64,000 bases of DNA from Spirochaetia bacterium (GTDB taxonomy: Bacteria; Spirochaetota; Spirochaetia; SZUA-6; Bin103): contig CBDAOI010000003.1 of the NCBI GenBank assembly GCA_965198005.1, positions 1,156,109 to 1,220,108 on the forward strand, in the 5' to 3' direction. Below, in pieces: positions 20,564 to 30,686 of the stretch. Every line of letters starts with the position of its first letter. Positions within the stretch are counted from its first letter, which is position 1. The translations under genes were made by a program, and so were the position numbers. The notes below the pieces were generated by a model. That model did no database searches. It was not told the origin of the DNA and saw only the letters and a program-made list of their open reading frames with translations.

Positions 20564-21169
20564 TTATTCCTCCTTGGTCTCGTCGGGGGGGTAGGGGGGA
20601 TCCAGCACCAGGCGGGCTATGACCCCGAACCAAGTATAGTCGACCGTGTACACGTCGACCGACTCCAACAGCTTGATATAGTATGCCTGACGGTCCGGCG
20701 TGGCGTCGCCGAGGATGATGTTGATCAGCTCGCCGGTGTCGAGCGTCAACTCGATCTCCACCCTGGGATCGGTCAACCCGAAGATCTCGAGCTGCTCGTC
20801 GGTGGCGTCCTCGGCGATCAGCCGGTTGGCGCCGGGGCCGCTCAGCAGCAGGGGGATGCCGCCGCCCCACCGTTCCATGTTCACCTTGGGGCCGTCGGGC
20901 TGGTCGAAGTACCAGTACCGGTCCTCGTGCTTGACCCAGGCCTCTTCCATCTCGAGCGGCGGCAGCCGGATCTCCATCCGCGCCAGTTCGTCCATCTCCA
21001 CGTACCACACGAACGGCCGCGGCTCCTCGCGCGGCGGCGGTTCCGGCTTGCTTACCTCGCGGTAGATCGGATACAGCACCGCCACCAGCACGACCAGGAT
21101 CAGCATGGCGCGGAGTTTGGCGTCGGTCACCAGTTTCAGTGGCAGGGCCAGCAGCTTGCGCAGTTCCAT
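20564..21169 (-). CDS. DUF4340-like protein
   Basis: N-terminal TM, L..FGL.DP and LGD.TP...AYY motifs; follows the GldG-like gene. Confidence 0.7.
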   Translation of the reverse strand: MELRKLLALPLKLVTDAKLRAMLILVVLVAVLYPIYREVSKPEPPPREEPRPFVWYVEMDELARMEIRLPPLEMEEAWVKHEDRYWYFDQPDGPKVNMERWGGGIPLLLSGPGANRLIAEDATDEQLEIFGLTDPRVEIELTLDTGELINIILGDATPDRQAYYIKLLESVDVYTVDYTWFGVIARLVLDPPYPPDETKEE

Positions 21170-21180
21170 CGTCCCGTCCC

Positions 21181-22722
21181 TCAGCGCCGCCGCCACCACA
21201 GGTACGCCGCGGCTACCACCAACAGCAGCGGCAGCAGTCCAATGCTGGAGACGTGCAGGAACCGCGCCTGCTCGGGCGACATGACCAGCCGGCGGAGGGG
21301 CAGCACCTTGCGGTCGACCGAGATGATCTGCTCACCCGCCGCCAGAAAGTTGACGGAGGTCAGCAGCAGATCGCTGTTGTTGCCGTTGCGGAAGTGCTGA
21401 TTGGTGGCGAAGTCGGAATCGCCGAACACCACCAGTCGGGTGGTGTCCGAGAACTCGGCCGGGTCGGCGCCTTCCGGGAGCTGTTCCGCGATATCCACCC
21501 CGAGCGCCAGCGGCCCGCGCTGGTCCACCTCCTGGTCGAACTGAGCGCTGCCGTCGTCGGCAGCCTCGCCGCCGCGTTCGAGCCAGCTCTCGGGGCTGGT
21601 GAACACCAGTGGCCGAATCGCGAACTGCTCGAACTCGAACTCCGGAACCGGCAGCAGCGCGGTGGCGCCGGGGAAATAGGTTTCCTGCAGGCCGTACTGG
21701 TTGCGGGTGCGCGGTACCAGCGGCACGTCCGGATTGGGCGCGACGTTGGAGGCGGGATCCAGCACCAGGCCGTCGCTGATCTCGATCCCCCACTCGCGCA
21801 GCAGCTCGCGCAGCTCGTCACCCGGATTGGGGTCGATCAGAATCAGCAGCCGGCCCGCGTCCTTGAGGTAGGCGCGCAGGATCTCCAGCTCGCTGCCGGC
21901 CAGTCGTTGGCGCGGCCCGGCCAGCACCAGCACGGCCGCGTCTTCGGGGATGCTCGGCGTGCGCAGCAGATCGAGCTCGCCCACGTAGAACAGGTTGTCG
22001 CGCAGGCCGCTGCGCAGGCTGTCGTATTCGTCGCGGATGCTGTGCTCGCCATGGCCGGTCAGAAAATAGACCTTGCGCTGCTTGATGCCGGTCACCTCGA
22101 GGATGGCGCTGGTGAATGCGTGCTCCGCCTCCTGCGCTATCTGGAAGCCGTAGACCGCCCGCTGCCCCTCGTCGCTGCGGAACACCACCATCCCGTACTG
22201 GGCGCCGAGCCGGTTGACGCCGTACTGGCGCGCCTCGTCCGGGCGCAGTTCCGGGTCGACCTCGCGCAGCGAGATCTGTTCGGTCAAGGTCCGGTACTCC
22301 GTGAGCAGGTTCAGGCCGTAGCTACTCACGGCCGGCGGGACGGTGGGGGTGAAGAAGGTCACGATCTCGACCTCCTTCTCCAGCCCCTCCAGCACGTCCT
22401 TGGTCTGGGAGGTGAGCGTGAACTGCGACAGACCGGTGAAGTCGAAGCGGTGCGAGTTGTTCGCGCTGATGCCGTTGGCCAGCAGGATGATGCCCGCGAA
22501 CAACGACACGCTGACCGAAGCGCCGATGCCGAAGCGGCCGCGCCGGCTGGCGATGGCGCCGCCGACGCTGCGGAAGTCGAGCACCACGGCGACCGCGATC
22601 AACGCCGCCCCCAGCGCGAAGATCGCCCACAGGTAGTCGCGGATGCCGGGCGAAATGAACCCGATGACCCATCCGATGAACAGCGATGCGAGTCCGAGGA
22701 CTGCCAGCAGCTTGGTGTACAT
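21181..22722 (-). CDS. GldG-family ABC transport auxiliary component
   Basis: RFDFT....TL, VYFLTGHGE, VVFGDSDF, NSDL motifs. Confidence 0.88.
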   Translation of the reverse strand: MYTKLLAVLGLASLFIGWVIGFISPGIRDYLWAIFALGAALIAVAVVLDFRSVGGAIASRRGRFGIGASVSVSLFAGIILLANGISANNSHRFDFTGLSQFTLTSQTKDVLEGLEKEVEIVTFFTPTVPPAVSSYGLNLLTEYRTLTEQISLREVDPELRPDEARQYGVNRLGAQYGMVVFRSDEGQRAVYGFQIAQEAEHAFTSAILEVTGIKQRKVYFLTGHGEHSIRDEYDSLRSGLRDNLFYVGELDLLRTPSIPEDAAVLVLAGPRQRLAGSELEILRAYLKDAGRLLILIDPNPGDELRELLREWGIEISDGLVLDPASNVAPNPDVPLVPRTRNQYGLQETYFPGATALLPVPEFEFEQFAIRPLVFTSPESWLERGGEAADDGSAQFDQEVDQRGPLALGVDIAEQLPEGADPAEFSDTTRLVVFGDSDFATNQHFRNGNNSDLLLTSVNFLAAGEQIISVDRKVLPLRRLVMSPEQARFLHVSSIGLLPLLLVVAAAYLWWRRR

Positions 22723-22728
22723 GACCCG

Positions 22729-23445
22729 TTACTTCCACCTCGTGGCTTCGATGGTTCTGGTCGCCATATAGAGAAACAGCGCGGTAACCGAGACGTAGTA
22801 GACCAGCGACCTGGTGTCCACGACGCCGCGTGTAAAATCGGGAAAGTAGTGCCCGAGCGAGAGCTGCGCCACCAACTCGCCGGCCGGCCCCGGCAGCAGG
22901 CTGGCGCCCGACCCCAGAAACCAGAGGCCGAACAGGATGCCGCCGCTCAGCACCGCCGACACGATCTGGTTGTTGGTCACGGACGACGCGAAGATGCCGG
23001 CCCCCAGACAGGCGCTCCCCAGCAGCAGCAGCCCCAGGTAGCTGGTGGCGATCGGCCCCAGGTCGGGATCGCCGAACACCATCAGGAGGCCCGGGTAGTA
23101 CAGGGTCAGCACCAGCATGCCCGCCACCACCACCAGGCTGCCCAGGAACTTGCCGACGATCAGCTCCCCGTCGCGCAACGGCGCGGTCAGCAGCAGCTCC
23201 CAGGTGCCGGTCTTCTTCTCCTCCGCCACCAGGCGCATGGTGAGCAGCGCCGCGAACAGCAGAATCAGGAACTGGGCGGCGTTGAGGAAGCCGCGGATGC
23301 TGGTATCGACGTAGCCGACACTCGCCAGGTAAGTGGCGAAGAAGGTGCCGGAGAGGGCCAGGAACACCGCCGTAATCACGTATGCCATCGGCGACGTGAG
23401 GTAGGTTGCCAGCTCCTTGCGGGCAATGATCAGGATGTTTCTCAA
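22729..23445 (-). CDS. GldF-like ABC-2 permease
   Basis: ARKEL..Y..SP.AY, TMRL.AEEKK.GT.ELLLT.P, GKFL. Confidence 0.9.
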   Translation of the reverse strand: MRNILIIARKELATYLTSPMAYVITAVFLALSGTFFATYLASVGYVDTSIRGFLNAAQFLILLFAALLTMRLVAEEKKTGTWELLLTAPLRDGELIVGKFLGSLVVVAGMLVLTLYYPGLLMVFGDPDLGPIATSYLGLLLLGSACLGAGIFASSVTNNQIVSAVLSGGILFGLWFLGSGASLLPGPAGELVAQLSLGHYFPDFTRGVVDTRSLVYYVSVTALFLYMATRTIEATRWK

Positions 23446-24584
23446 CTCGTGCCGTCCTCCTGCGTTTCTTCTACATGTTCGGCATTTCTTGGTGACTGGC
23501 CGGGCGCCGCGCCGTTGGTCGTTCCGAGCCCAAGCCAGCCGTGCACGCCGGGAGCGAGTCGCCGATAGTGGCTGCTGATCCGCTCAGCCTCCGCCACGGT
23601 CATCTCCTTGAGCATGCCGTAGGCGTAGGGTAGGGCATGCTCCACGCGGTGAGTCAAGGCCCGGTCCCACATCGTGCTCCAGACGAACGGATTGGTCAGC
23701 TCGGTGGGCGGGGCACTGCGGCTGCGTGCCACGAAACCCGGCAGAAACGGCCGTCCACTCTCCTCACCGACCGGAAGATAACGAAAATTCAGCGCCCAGC
23801 GAAGGTCGTCGGCGCTGGTATTCCGGGTCGCACCGTGCAGGACCTTGTTGTCCAGGAACAGAACGTCCCCGGGACTCATCGGAATGCGCTGCGCGCGCCC
23901 TTGGGTCTGCTCGTCGAACGGTCCCCAGCGTATGCCGTGCCGGTGGCTGCCGGGCACCACCTGCATGCACCCGTTCTCGGGCGTGGCCTCGGTCAGCGGC
24001 ACCCAGGCATTGGCGATGCGGCTGGCGTGCGAGTTCGGCAGGCCGGAGGTGGCGTCCATGTGCAGGTCGGTCTTGCCGACCTGGAAGTTGTAGAACCCCT
24101 CCAATGCCGGATTGTCGCGGCCGGCGACCTTGGCCACCCGCTCCACTTCCGCCAGGTGCCGCTGCGCCAGCTTGAGGTTGACGTGGTAGATCGGCGAGGC
24201 GAGGATCTCGGGGCCGATCAGTGACTCGAGCACGTCGAGGATCCGGGAATTGCGGATCGTAGCGAACAGTTCCGGCAACTGGCCGGTCGGCAGGTCACGC
24301 CGCCACTGGAAGCTGTCGAGATAGATGTTGAGCAGCGGGTCGAGGTGGTGCAGCAGGCCGCCGCCGCTGGCTCCCACCGCCACGGCGAACCGTTGCGGGA
24401 AGGGCAGCGGGTCGTAGCCGGCGAGCGCTTCCGGGCAGTTCTCGCCCAGGTACACGTAGGCCAGCGCGTCGATCAGCCTGGTGTAGGCTTGCCGAACCGG
24501 CCCGAGGTCACGGTCCGGGTCGAGCAGACCGCGGACCAGCAGGTACCCGTCCGCTGCATATCTCTTGGCATTCGTATCAGACAT
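23442..24584 (-). CDS. Phytanoyl-CoA dioxygenase (PhyH) family protein
   Basis: HxD (HMD), W.PL..AT.ENGCM.V.PGSH, LHG, R motifs. Confidence 0.88.
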   Translation of the reverse strand: MSDTNAKRYAADGYLLVRGLLDPDRDLGPVRQAYTRLIDALAYVYLGENCPEALAGYDPLPFPQRFAVAVGASGGGLLHHLDPLLNIYLDSFQWRRDLPTGQLPELFATIRNSRILDVLESLIGPEILASPIYHVNLKLAQRHLAEVERVAKVAGRDNPALEGFYNFQVGKTDLHMDATSGLPNSHASRIANAWVPLTEATPENGCMQVVPGSHRHGIRWGPFDEQTQGRAQRIPMSPGDVLFLDNKVLHGATRNTSADDLRWALNFRYLPVGEESGRPFLPGFVARSRSAPPTELTNPFVWSTMWDRALTHRVEHALPYAYGMLKEMTVAEAERISSHYRRLAPGVHGWLGLGTTNGAAPGQSPRNAEHVEETQEDGTS

Positions 24585-24767
24585 TGTTCTCCTGTGGTTC
24601 ACACCCGAGGCAGACGCTCTCTCGGGCGCGCGCCGGCCGGACCGCCCACGTGGCTCGGGACCTCAGGGCTGGCCGTCCACTTCAGTCTACCGCTCGCACC
24701 TCGCTCCGTCTACCCGGACGCTGGACAAACTGGACAAAAACGCGCGGAGGCGGTATATCCGCAGTCC

Positions 24768-25346
24768 GTGGACAATCTGTTGAAGAAACTGTTCGTCAAG
24801 GTGCGGGAGTCGGACGCCGAGTACCTGCAGATGGACGTGCGGCCGGTGCTGCCGGTGCTGGGCGTCGTGGTCGGGATCGTCGTGGGGCTGGTGGTCGCCA
24901 TCAGCGGTCTGCAACCGTACCTGGGAGTGATGCTGATCGTGGCCGGCCCGCTGGCCGTCAGCTACGCCCCGAAGAAGACGGTGGTGCTGGACCGCAAGGC
25001 CGACGGGCTCGCGGTGTACAAGCGCGGCCGGCTCGCCGCCGCCACCGGTCCGGCGGAAGCGAGCTGCAAGCTCAGCGAAGTCACCGCGGTCGAGGTGGTC
25101 TCCAGCAAGTCGGACCAGCGCAAGGTGCGTACCGAGCTGGTGCTGGCGGACGACAAGCGGCTGGCGATCGAGCGGCCGTTCTCGGTGTTTGCCGCCAAGC
25201 ATCAGGTGATCGCCGCCACGCTCCGCAGCTTCCTGTTCGAGACCCCCGCCCCAGCCGAAGGCGCGACCGGCGGCGCGGAGGACACCCCCGACGAGACCAC
25301 CGACGAGACCATGAGCGAGCCCCCCGCCGGCCAGCCCGAGGAGTGA
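24768..25346 (+). CDS. Hypothetical two-TM membrane protein
   Basis: Two hydrophobic helices, a beta-rich domain and an acidic tail; GTG start inferred. Confidence 0.65.
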   Translation: MDNLLKKLFVKVRESDAEYLQMDVRPVLPVLGVVVGIVVGLVVAISGLQPYLGVMLIVAGPLAVSYAPKKTVVLDRKADGLAVYKRGRLAAATGPAEASCKLSEVTAVEVVSSKSDQRKVRTELVLADDKRLAIERPFSVFAAKHQVIAATLRSFLFETPAPAEGATGGAEDTPDETTDETMSEPPAGQPEE

Positions 25347-25371
25347 ACGAAGGCCACTTTGCCTAGTGAAT

Positions 25372-25788
25372 TCACTTGGATGGGATATCCTTGAGTGAAT
25401 GGTGTCCGAACTCATCGTCACGGTCAAGGTGCCGCACCGCTTCTTGCGGTAGCCGCGGTAACGTCTCCAGGCTTCGTTCGCCTCGCCCGCGCTCGTAGAT
25501 CAGGATCCCCCAGCCGTCGATATGGGTCTTCAGCGGGGCATAGTCGATTCGCTCGTACGCCCGAACACCGCATTCCTGGGGAATCGCCAGTTCGTCGAGG
25601 TCGAGGGAAAGGCGGCCGAGCCGGTGTCGATCTACGATCCCGCGCGTAGCCAGGTCGATGTCCGACCGTTCGGTGGCTCGGCCGGTGGCCCGCGAGCCGA
25701 ACAGAATCACCTGCTCCAGGTCAGGGTATCGTCTGAACACGGTGGCGAGCTTGCGTAGCAATGCGGCGGGAAGATTGACGTCGCTCAT
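25372..25788 (-). CDS. Minimal nucleotidyltransferase (MNT) antitoxin
   Basis: LFGSRATGRATERSDIDL fits GSx10DxD. Confidence 0.88.
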   Translation of the reverse strand: MSDVNLPAALLRKLATVFRRYPDLEQVILFGSRATGRATERSDIDLATRGIVDRHRLGRLSLDLDELAIPQECGVRAYERIDYAPLKTHIDGWGILIYERGRGERSLETLPRLPQEAVRHLDRDDEFGHHSLKDIPSK

Positions 25789-25791
25789 GAC

Positions 25792-26256
25792 TCACTCATC
25801 TTCTTGTTCGGCCATCTCCCGGCTCAGCCGGAGATGCAACTCATTCAATCGTTCAAGATATTGTTCTTCGATGTCCTTGATTATCGCTTCGAACGTGTCG
25901 CTGTCGTACGTGTGAGACATGCGGTTGCGGTCGGTCAGCATATCGATCCACAGCTCGCACTGGGAGATCAGCTTCGCCTGGCAGGCTTTCCGGATGACGG
26001 CGCGCGGGGTTACCGAGCTCAGCACGACACCATCGTGTTCCAGGCGGTCCTTGAGCGTATTCCAGGCGAGTTCGAAGGTGTACTCGAAACGCTGAATCAT
26101 GCCTTCCTGCTCAAGCTCGTTCAGGGACTCAGCTCCCTCTTCCAGCGCGTTTTGCAACCGTCGAAATGCCCGGGAGAAGTTACTGAAGCGGTAGTGCCAG
26201 CGAATCTCCTCCTTGGGTATGTCGGGGGGTATGTCGGGTATGTCCGTCATATTCAC
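25792..26256 (-). CDS. HEPN toxin, HI0074-like family
   Basis: G.IQRFEYTFELAW..LK, PR.VIR, RNRMSHTY (Rx4HxY). Confidence 0.9.
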   Translation of the reverse strand: MNMTDIPDIPPDIPKEEIRWHYRFSNFSRAFRRLQNALEEGAESLNELEQEGMIQRFEYTFELAWNTLKDRLEHDGVVLSSVTPRAVIRKACQAKLISQCELWIDMLTDRNRMSHTYDSDTFEAIIKDIEEQYLERLNELHLRLSREMAEQEDE

Positions 26257-26299
26257 CTCTCGTCTCCATTCTCGGTTGCCTTTCGAGAATGTGCCGGCG

Positions 26300-26542
26300 T
26301 CAGATCCTGCGCAGGAAGGCGCGCGCGGTGCTGTCCCACTCGTGGCTGACCACGTCGACGTCGCGCCGGTTGCCGTCGGCGGTGACGGTCACGGTGACGT
26401 GGCCGCTGGCGCCCTGCAGGGTGATGCCGTCCGCGATCCGCCGCGTGACGGTGAGGCCGGCGCCTTGTGGTCCGAAGTGACGCTCGGCCGCATCCAGCAC
26501 CGCGGCCGCGGTCTTGCGGCTCTGCTTGCCCAGACGCACCAT
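26300..26542 (-). CDS. Small hypothetical protein
   Basis: 80-aa ATG ORF with coding-like codon usage. Confidence 0.5.
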   Translation of the reverse strand: MVRLGKQSRKTAAAVLDAAERHFGPQGAGLTVTRRIADGITLQGASGHVTVTVTADGNRRDVDVVSHEWDSTARAFLRRI

Positions 26543-26623
26543 GGGCTGGCAAGGTACCCCGCAGCCGGCGCCGGCACAAGGGCCGGCGGCTAGCTAGCTA
26601 GCTAGGAGGGAGGTAGCCACGCC

Positions 26624-27976
26624 ATGAGTTCCGACCAAGTGACGCCCACGCCTTCGCCGTTGCAGCCGGTCTATTCCCCCTACGGGCTGAATGCGCTCGT
26701 TCCGTCTCCGGTCAACCGGATGATGGCCGGCGTCGCCGACGACTTCCGGCCCGGCTTCGACGTCAACCTCGGCGTCGGCTACGTCAACGAGGACACCATC
26801 CCGCACGCGGCGATCGCGGCGGCGATGCGGGCCGTGCTGGATGATCCCGAGCACCACCGGCTGGCGCTCAACTACGGCGGCGCGCGCGGCTCGCCCAACC
26901 TGGTCGCGGCGTTGCGCCGGTACCTGGCGGAACGCGACGTCGGCTATGACGCGGCCTGCCTGGCGCGGCGCGAGATCATTGTCGGGCCCAACGGCGCCAC
27001 CAGCCTGCTGGAGGGAATAGCCGCCGTCACCGAGCCGGGGGTGGTGGTGACCAGCGACCCGATGTACTACATCTACACCAACCTGCTGCAGCGCATGGGA
27101 TTTCGCGTGCTGGCGGTGCCCGAGGGAGCGGACGGCGTGGCGGCGGCGGCGGTGGCGGCCGCGCTGGAGCGGCTGGGGGCGGCGCGGCGGCAGGTGCGGT
27201 TTCTGTACTTCGTCACCGTCGGCAATCCCACCTCCACCGTCACCGGCGCGGCGCGCCGCCGCGAGTTGCTGGAGCTGGCGCGGCGCCTGTCGCGCGAGCT
27301 GGGCCATGCCGTGCCGTTGATCCTGGACCTGGCGTACGAGGAATTGCTCCACGACCCGGCGGTGGAGCGGGCGCCCTCCCTCGCCGCCGAGGATGAGGAG
27401 GGTCTGCTGTACGAGGTCGGCACCCTGTCGAAGATCGTGGCGCCGGGCCTGCGCATCGGTTACCTGGTGGGGCCGCCGGGCGGGCTGATCGACGCCCTGG
27501 TGCAACGCACCAGCGACATCGGCTTCTCCGCGCCGCTGATCAACCAGGAGATCGCCGCGCGGCTGCTGGACCGGCTGGTGGTGGAGCAGGTGCAGCGGGT
27601 CAACACCGGCTACCGCGCCAAGGCACAGGCCACGGCCGCCGCCATCGACCGGCTGCTGGGGGGCGAGATTGAGCACCGCCGCGGCGGCCGCGGCGGCTTC
27701 TACTTCTACCTGACCCTGCGCCGGACCGCCACCGGCGAGGCGTCGCCCTTCTTCCGCTACCTCACCGCCACCACCGGCGACCCGCGGGTGGACGGCCGCC
27801 CGGGAGAGCGGCCGCGCGTGCTCTACGTGCCCGGCGAGCACTGCGTCCATCCCGCCGGCGAACTGGTCGCGGCCGGCGCCCGCCAACTGCGCATCTCCTA
27901 CGGCTTCGAGGAGCTGCCCCAGATCGAACGCGCGCTGGAGTTGATGCGCGCCGCCGTCGCCTACGCCAACTCTTGA
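26624..27976 (+). CDS. PLP-dependent aminotransferase class I/II
   Basis: [21 protein letters not shown]; strong RBS. Confidence 0.88.
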   Translation: MSSDQVTPTPSPLQPVYSPYGLNALVPSPVNRMMAGVADDFRPGFDVNLGVGYVNEDTIPHAAIAAAMRAVLDDPEHHRLALNYGGARGSPNLVAALRRYLAERDVGYDAACLARREIIVGPNGATSLLEGIAAVTEPGVVVTSDPMYYIYTNLLQRMGFRVLAVPEGADGVAAAAVAAALERLGAARRQVRFLYFVTVGNPTSTVTGAARRRELLELARRLSRELGHAVPLILDLAYEELLHDPAVERAPSLAAEDEEGLLYEVGTLSKIVAPGLRIGYLVGPPGGLIDALVQRTSDIGFSAPLINQEIAARLLDRLVVEQVQRVNTGYRAKAQATAAAIDRLLGGEIEHRRGGRGGFYFYLTLRRTATGEASPFFRYLTATTGDPRVDGRPGERPRVLYVPGEHCVHPAGELVAAGARQLRISYGFEELPQIERALELMRAAVAYANS

Positions 27977-27993
27977 CGCCAACTCTTGACGCC
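27963..27993 (+). repeat. 13-bp tandem duplication spanning the stop codon
   Basis: acgccaactcttg acgccaactcttg acgcc. Confidence 0.85.
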
Positions 27994-28048
27994 TGCGCGC
28001 GGGCGCCGGGTTGCGGTGGGCGGCCGGGTGGGATATTTATACGGTGAC

Positions 28049-28357
28049 ATGGGAACGGAACATACATTGGGGGCGCTGGACGGCGCGGCGATCGAGGCCG
28101 CGCTGGGCGAGCTGCCCGGCTGGCGGCGGGACGGCGACAGCCTGGTGCGCGAGTACCGGTTCGGCAGCTTCCGCGAGGCGGTCTCCTTTATCGTGCGCAT
28201 CGCGTTCGCGGCCGAGGCGGCCAACCATCACCCGGAACTATGGAACGTCTACAGCACGGTGCGGCTCCGGCTCAACACGCATGACGCCGGCAACAAGGTG
28301 ACGGCGCGCGACCTGAACCTGGCGCGCGAGATCGAGTCGATCGCCTGGGTGCGTTAG
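28049..28357 (+). CDS. phhB: Pterin-4-alpha-carbinolamine dehydratase
   Basis: AE..NHHP and THD....VT.RD..LA motifs. Confidence 0.92.
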   Translation: MGTEHTLGALDGAAIEAALGELPGWRRDGDSLVREYRFGSFREAVSFIVRIAFAAEAANHHPELWNVYSTVRLRLNTHDAGNKVTARDLNLAREIESIAWVR

Positions 28358-28476
28358 AGGAGTGTCGGATTGCGACAGACTTCTGACGGAAGGACGGGAT
28401 GGGCCAATAGCGGCGCCCCGGGCGGCGGTCTTGGGGCGATGGCAGGCGGCAGCGCGCGGCCGGCCGCCGCGGCGCC

Positions 28477-29118
28477 ATGATCTCGCTGGTCTATCAGGGC
28501 CACTACCTGCTGTTCGGGTTGCTGCTGTGCGCGCTGGTCGTGTCGCTCACGGTGCACGAGTTCGGTCACGCGTTCGTGGCCAGGCTGAACGGCGACGACA
28601 CCGCCGAGCGGGCCGGCCGGCTGACGCTCAATCCGCTGCGGCACATCGCGCCCGCCGGTCTGGTGATGGTGATGCTGGTGGGCTTCGGCTACGCCAAGCC
28701 GGTGCCGACCGATCCGCGCAAGTTCCGCTCGCCGCGCGCGGACCTGTGGATTTCCGCCGCCGGGCCGGCGATGAACCTGCTGCTGGCGATCGTGGCCTGG
28801 AACCTGTTTCTGCTGATGCGCGCCGCGCAGATCGGGTTCTTCTTCGAGCCGGGACCGGTGACGTTCTTTGCGCTGCTGGTACGGGTCAACCTGCTGCTGA
28901 TGCTGTTCAACCTGATCCCGCTCGGGCCGCTGGACGGCAACTACATCGTCCCGCACCTGCTGCCGCCGCGCGCCGCCCAGGTCTATCGCTCGCTCAATGC
29001 CCGGTACGGCTCCTACGTGCTGTTCGGTCTGATCCTGCTGAGCATCATCGGCGTGCCGGTGTTCCGCTCGTTGATGGCGGTCGGCGACGCGTTGCTGCCG
29101 TTGATCAGCTTCGTGTAG
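28477..29118 (+). CDS. Site-2 (M50) membrane metalloprotease
   Basis: HEFGH, GRLTLNP, AGP..N, FNLIP..PLDG. Confidence 0.93.
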   Translation: MISLVYQGHYLLFGLLLCALVVSLTVHEFGHAFVARLNGDDTAERAGRLTLNPLRHIAPAGLVMVMLVGFGYAKPVPTDPRKFRSPRADLWISAAGPAMNLLLAIVAWNLFLLMRAAQIGFFFEPGPVTFFALLVRVNLLLMLFNLIPLGPLDGNYIVPHLLPPRAAQVYRSLNARYGSYVLFGLILLSIIGVPVFRSLMAVGDALLPLISFV

Positions 29119-29131
29119 GCGGTCATTGAAA

Positions 29132-30121
29132 ATGAGTGAGACCATGCGCGCCGCCTGCGTCGTGGCGCCGGGCCGGGTAGAGGTGGTCGACGCGCCGGTG
29201 CCCACCCTCGCCCCCGGTCATGCCCTGGTGCGGCCCGAGCTGGTGGCCATTTGCGGCAGCGATCTGCATGCCGTGTACCGGCATCCCCCGGCGGCATACC
29301 CGCAGCCGATCGGTTGGTCCGGACACGAGATCGTGGGCCGGGTCGAAGAGCTGGTCCCGGCGGCGGACGGGCCGCGGCACAGCGGGGTGCGCGTGGCCGA
29401 CCGCGTGCTCGCCCTCACTTCGGTGCAGTGCGGGATGGCGGAGCGGTTCACGACCCGCATCGAGCAGCTTCTGCCGCTGCCGGCCGAGCGGCCGGCCGAG
29501 CAACTCGTGATGGCGCAGCAACTCGGCACCGTGGTGTTGGGATGCGGCCAGGCCGGCAACGTGGTGGGCCGGACGGCGGTGGTAATCGGGCTGGGCAGTG
29601 CCGGTCTGATGTTTGTCGCCATGCTGCGGCGGATGGGAGCCGCCCGTATCCTGGGGCTCGATTTCAGCGACGCGCGGGTGGCGGCCGGGCTGGCGCTGGG
29701 CGCCTCCGCCGCGCTCAACAACAGTGCCGCGGGCGCGCCGGAGTGGGTTGCCGACCTCACCGGCGGCGGCATGGCGGACCTGGTGGTGGAGGCGGTGGGA
29801 AGCGCCGGCGCGATCAACCTCGCGCCGCGGCTGGTGCGGCGCGGAGGGCGGATCCTGTTCTTCGGCCTTCCCCCGCGCGGCGCGCAGCCGATCGACTTCC
29901 TCACGCTGTTTCGCGTGCGGTGCGAGTGCCGCAGTAGTTGGGGAGCACACCTGGAGCCCGGCTTGCAGTCGACTCGTAGCGCGCTGGAGCTGATTCTCAG
30001 CGGCGCCGTCGACGTGTCCTCGCTGATGACGCACGTCAAGCCGCTGAGCGAGGTGGGGCGCGCGTACGAGCTGGCCCATACCCGCGCGGACGGGGCGCTC
30101 AAGGTAGCTGTCCGCCTGTGA
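29132..30121 (+). CDS. Zinc-binding (MDR) dehydrogenase
   Basis: ICGSD, GHE, G.GSAG motifs. Confidence 0.88.
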   Translation: MSETMRAACVVAPGRVEVVDAPVPTLAPGHALVRPELVAICGSDLHAVYRHPPAAYPQPIGWSGHEIVGRVEELVPAADGPRHSGVRVADRVLALTSVQCGMAERFTTRIEQLLPLPAERPAEQLVMAQQLGTVVLGCGQAGNVVGRTAVVIGLGSAGLMFVAMLRRMGAARILGLDFSDARVAAGLALGASAALNNSAAGAPEWVADLTGGGMADLVVEAVGSAGAINLAPRLVRRGGRILFFGLPPRGAQPIDFLTLFRVRCECRSSWGAHLEPGLQSTRSALELILSGAVDVSSLMTHVKPLSEVGRAYELAHTRADGALKVAVRL

Positions 30122-30645
30122 TCGACGCCGGAAATACCGGCCCGGACCGCGCGCGGGGCCGCCGCCGGCGCTACGCGGTGGCGAACGCGGACGAAATCGC
30201 CCCGGGCGAACGCAAGATCGTGACCGTCGCCGGCCGCTCGATCGGCATCTTCAACGTCGGCGGCGAGTTCTTCGCGCTGCGCAATCGCTGTCCCCACCAG
30301 GGCGGCGCGCTGTGCACGGGGCAGCTCTGGGGCGTCCTGCGCTCGGACGCGCCAGGTGAATTCCAGTACGACCCGAGCCAGGAGATTCTGGCCTGCCCCT
30401 GGCACGGCTGGGAGTTCGACATCCGCACCGGTCAGTCGTGGTGCACGCCGGAACGGCTCAAAGTGCGCAGCTACAAGGTCTCCCGCGTTGGCGCCGAAGA
30501 GGCCGCGGCGGCCGCCGCCCCGGCCGCCGCGGCGGCCGACTCTGACGCGCCGGCGCCGGGCATGGTCAAGGGCCCGCACGTGGCCGAGACCTATCCGGTC
30601 GAGCGCAGCGGAGCGTACCTGGTAGTCGAGATGCCCTCGGGGTAG
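30118..30645 (+). CDS. Rieske [2Fe-2S] ferredoxin
   Basis: CPH and CPWHGWEFD. Confidence 0.88.
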   Translation: MIDAGNTGPDRARGRRRRYAVANADEIAPGERKIVTVAGRSIGIFNVGGEFFALRNRCPHQGGALCTGQLWGVLRSDAPGEFQYDPSQEILACPWHGWEFDIRTGQSWCTPERLKVRSYKVSRVGAEEAAAAAAPAAAAADSDAPAPGMVKGPHVAETYPVERSGAYLVVEMPSG

Positions 30646-30686
30646 GAGTCCGGTTTGCCGGGCAGCCACGGTGCCGGATACTTTCT

